From assembly GCA_963771175.1 (NCBI GenBank), contig CAVYSY010000031.1:223437-287436 (forward strand): DNA of 64,000 nucleotides, given 5' to 3'. The notes beneath the pieces were generated by a model, which searched no databases, was not told where the DNA came from, and was given only the letters and a program-made list of their open reading frames with translations. Source of the DNA: an uncultured delta proteobacterium (lineage in GTDB: Bacteria; Myxococcota; Myxococcia; Myxococcales; Myxococcaceae). Both the position numbers and the translations under genes were made by a program. Positions 60,697 through 64,000 of this stretch are shown here, piece by piece; position 1 is the stretch's first letter, and each line of letters begins with the position of its first letter.

Positions 60697-61419
60697 ATGA
60701 GCACCCACGCAGCCGCCGTTCCCCAGGTCCAGAAGACGCCGCTCCTCCAGTCCCGCCTGGGCTCGTTCCTCGCCGTGTTTCCGCTGAGCATCTGGGTGGT
60801 GAACCACCTGTGGGACAACCTCGCCGCTTTCAAGGGCGGGGCGGCCTGGCAGTCAGCGGTGACGGAGTACAAGCACCCGTACGCGCAGATCGCCACGTTC
60901 GTGGTCGTGATGCTGCCGCTGCTCATCCACACCGGGTGGGGCATCATGCGGCTGCTGAGCTTCAAGCCGAACCTCAAGCCCTACCCGTACTACGCCAACC
61001 TCAAGTACATCCTCCAGCGCGTGGCCGGCATCGGCGTGCTCTTCTTCCTGGGCGCCCACATCTGGCTGGCCTTCCTCCAGCCGCGGCTGGTGTACGGCGG
61101 CGCGGAGCCGTTCGCCGCCATCGCCTACGAGATGCGCTGGCACGGGCCCACCCTCATGGTCTACGCGCTGGGCGTGCTGGGCACGGCCTACCACCTCGCC
61201 AACGGCCTGCAGGGCTTCGCCATGGGCTGGGGAATCCTCGCCTCCGAGCGCTCCATGCGCCGCTTCGAGCCCTGGTCCATCGCCATCTTCCTCGTGCTCC
61301 TCACCATGGGCTGGGGCACCATCTTCGCGATGTACAAGGCTGGCGAGACGCAGGAGATCCAGCAGGAGCGCGCGCGCATCATGAGCGAGCGCGGAGTGTC
61401 GGCGAGCGAAACCCACTAG
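60697..61419 (+). CDS. Succinate dehydrogenase cytochrome b558-like membrane protein
   Basis: Five TM helices with His ligands (NHLW, LIH, AHIW, YHLANG) and LQRVAG, resembling Bacillus-type SdhC. Confidence 0.7.
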   Translation: MSTHAAAVPQVQKTPLLQSRLGSFLAVFPLSIWVVNHLWDNLAAFKGGAAWQSAVTEYKHPYAQIATFVVVMLPLLIHTGWGIMRLLSFKPNLKPYPYYANLKYILQRVAGIGVLFFLGAHIWLAFLQPRLVYGGAEPFAAIAYEMRWHGPTLMVYALGVLGTAYHLANGLQGFAMGWGILASERSMRRFEPWSIAIFLVLLTMGWGTIFAMYKAGETQEIQQERARIMSERGVSASETH

Positions 61420-61453
61420 AAGCACGGGAGCCCAAGCGGGCTCCTGAAGCACC

Positions 61454-61488
61454 AACGGCCGCCCCGGTTACCCGGGAGCGGCCGTTTC
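61454..61488. terminator. Hairpin between convergent sdhC-like and ssb genes
   Basis: aacggccgc.ccgg...cgggagcggccgttt inverted repeat. Confidence 0.6.
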
Positions 61489-61509
61489 ATTTGCGGGTGA
61501 AGCGCGAGC

Positions 61510-62038
61510 CTAGAACGGGATGTCGTCGTCCCCGCCACCGCTGCCGCCACCACCACCGCCGCCACCGCCACCGCTGTCATCCATGCCCATGGGGGACGAG
61601 CCGTAGTCGTCGTAACCGCCGCCCTGCTGCTGCTGAGCACCGCCGCGCTGCGACTGCGAGTAGCCGCCGCGGCCACCCCCACCGCCCGAGCCCGCCCCCG
61701 CGCCATCACGGCCGCCGAGGAAGGTCACCGCGTTGGCCACCACCTCCGTGGTGTAGTTCTTCCGGCTCTTCCTTGTCCGTCCACTCGCGCGTCTGCAGGC
61801 GACCCTCGACGTAGCACTGGCGACCCTTCTTCAGGTACTCGCCGCAGAGCTCCGCGAGCTTCCCCCACACCACGATGCGGTGCCACTCCGTCCGCTCCTG
61901 CTTCTGGCCCGTCTTGTCGGTCCAGTTGTCGCTGGTCGCGATGCTGAAGTTGGCCACTGCCTGGCCACCCGGAGTGAAGCGCACCTCGGGGTCCTTCCCG
62001 AGATTGCCGATCAGGATGACCTTGTTGACACTTGCCAT
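61510..62038 (-). CDS. ssb: Single-stranded DNA-binding protein, one frameshift near 61765
   Basis: [24 protein letters not shown], Gly-rich linker, DDDIPF tail. Confidence 0.96.
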
Positions 62039-62223
62039 GACTGCCGTTCCTTTCATCGAGAACCGCCCCGCCCTGGGACGGTTACCTGCATGGCGTCGCG
62101 GGCCACCGGCCCCACGTCACCATGCCCTATAGCATACCGGGGGAGTCCCTACCTGAACAGGGATTCACCCGGTCATGTGTTGCCTGCTTGCTTGGGGGAC
62201 GGCGGGGGGAGCGAGCCGGGGAC

Positions 62224-64000
62224 TCACCCGCCCGGACGGGTCTCCGCGGTGCCCTCGATGGGGCCGGGCCCCATCTGGACGGCCGAGGCCGGGGCCACCA
62301 CCTGCGCGGGCACGAGCTGCTGGAGCTTGGGGGCCTTCTCCTCGGCCACCTTGCGCGACAGCGTGCCTTCCAGCGAGCGGGCGAAGTCCGCCAGCTTCGC
62401 GTCGGTGGAGCCGAGGCTCTTCTTCAGCGCCTTCCAGAAGGGGTGGTCCGCATCGCCCGCCTGGACGAGCCCGCGCGCCAGCAGGCGGGTGCCCACCTCG
62501 CGGTCCGTGGCCGAGGCGCCGCGCAGCGCGTGCACCAGCTCCTCCGGCGCCGTACGGGCCACCGCGCCCAGACCCTCGGCCATCTCTTCCTCGGCGGCGC
62601 GTCGCCCGCCGAGGCCCCGGCCAGCTCGATGATGCGGGTGAGCGCCTCGGCGTTGCCGCTGGCGGCCAGCTCCACCAGGCTGCCCAGGCCAGGCACCTCC
62701 ACCGAGAGCTCACGCGCCACCGCGCGCAGCCGGCCGTACACCTCCGCGCCCGCTGAGTAGCTGTCCAGCAGCGTGCGCACCCCGAGGTAGTCCTGCGGGT
62801 TGGACTGGTAGAGGCTCTCGGCCACCACCGCCGCGCACCGCGGGATCGCTCTCGCTGCGCCACGCCGTGCGCAGGAAGCCGATGTTGCGCTGATCCCTCT
62901 GGCCGCCGAGCGCCAGGTACGTCTTCACCCGGCTGGACACCTCCGCCGTCGGGCTGCTCGGCTTCTCGCCACTGGCCAGCTCGGCCACGGCGCGCCCGGG
63001 GCCCATGGAGGAGCCCACCGAGGCCACCGCCGCGCCCAGCGCATCCAGCCCGCGCACCACCGGCCCGGAGCGGCCCGGGTAGTCATTCACCATCATGGAG
63101 AAGATGAACTTCTCCCCACCGGCCGCCTGCACGTAACCGCTGAGGGCCGTCACGTTCTCCAGCGTGCCCGTCTTGGCGCGCAGCCGGCCCACGGCCTCGG
63201 TGCCGTCGAAGCGGTACTTGAGCGTGCCGTCCTTGCCGGCGATGCCCAGCGAGGACAGGTACTCGGGCGCCAGCGGGAAGCGCTCGTACATGTAGCGGAG
63301 GATGCGGTCCATCTGCGCGGCGGAGAAGCGGTTGGTGTCGTTGAGGCCGCTGCCGTTCTTCATCACGTAGGTGCCGCGGGGGATGCCCACCTCGCGCGAG
63401 AGGAAGTCCTCCACCACGTCGATGCCCTTGGCGAAGGAGCCCGGAGCGCCCTCGCGCCTCGGCGCCCATCGTCTTGAGGAGCGTCTCGGCCACGAAGTTG
63501 CTGGAGAGCTTGTTGAGGCGCTTGAGGATGATGTCGAAGGTGTCCGAGTGGGACACGTACACCAGCTTCGCCTTGTTGGGCGTGGTGGCCAGCTTCACCT
63601 TGCCCCTCACCTTGACGCCGCGCGCGTTCAGCATCTGCTTGAACGTCTGGCCGAAGTACATGGGCGGGTTGTCGATCTTCTTGTACACGCTCATGTAGCC
63701 GCCGCCTTCCGGCACCTGGCCCCGCACGATGATCTTCTGCTGGGCGCCGGCCGCGTCCGAGGCCACCGAGAAACGGCGGGCCCGGCGGTTGCCGGTGGTC
63801 AGCGCGTTCTCCACCACGAAGAAGTCGCTCTGGGGCTCGAGCTCCACCAGGCCCTTGGCGCCCACGGCCTCCCCGGACGCAGGTACACGCCCACCGCGTT
63901 CCAGTTGAGGCTCACGGCACCGGTGGGGGACATGTAGGCCCGGTCCGAGTCCTCCTGGTCATAGCCAGGAGGGGTGCGCTCGGCGTCGAACCACGAGTCA
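62224..64000 (-). CDS. dacB: D-alanyl-D-alanine carboxypeptidase/endopeptidase (PBP4) with a C-terminal extension, 5'-truncated and frameshifted
   Basis: SLNWN, LNKLSSNFVAE (SxN), NGSGL and RAKTGTL (KTG) motifs. Confidence 0.9.

Noticed and set aside
61525..61715. (ccgcca)n microsatellite
   Set aside because: It encodes the ordinary Gly-rich linker of SSB.

Overview
GC-rich myxobacterial DNA, probably Cystobacterineae (Cystobacter/Archangium-like; inferred from gene content and order). Many single-base indels break essential genes (pyrG, kdsA, purF, ssb, selB, nuoE) and are most likely sequencing errors. In order, the window holds: a propionyl-CoA carboxylase/methylmalonyl-CoA mutase cluster; a Cys-rich repeat protein; a DnaJ/TPR protein; purF; a ~15 kb accessory block (rhodanese, heme c/copper monooxygenase, rarA, histidine kinase, RluA, Ser/Thr kinase, unknown membrane and secreted proteins); wecB/kdsB/ABC exporter/pyrG-kdsA-kdsC; signalling genes and serB; a partial complex I cluster (nuoEF-JKLMN); a GNAT; a minus-strand run PRT-selB-histidine kinase-sigma54 activator; then hslO, an sdhC-like gene, ssb and dacB. 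The main non-coding signal is a tandem array of four ~290-bp units (51687-52830) between the sigma54 activator and the GNAT. Each unit is a complete sRNA gene: paired TTGCA-N4-TG(A/C)AA enhancer sites, a sigma54 -24/-12 promoter, a ~120-nt structured RNA with a C7 loop, and a terminator. Context and the C7 run fit amplified paralogs of the developmental sRNA Pxr. A second unannotated structured RNA/small-ORF element lies at 32436-32598, and the kinase at 40096-41608 looks like a pseudokinase.
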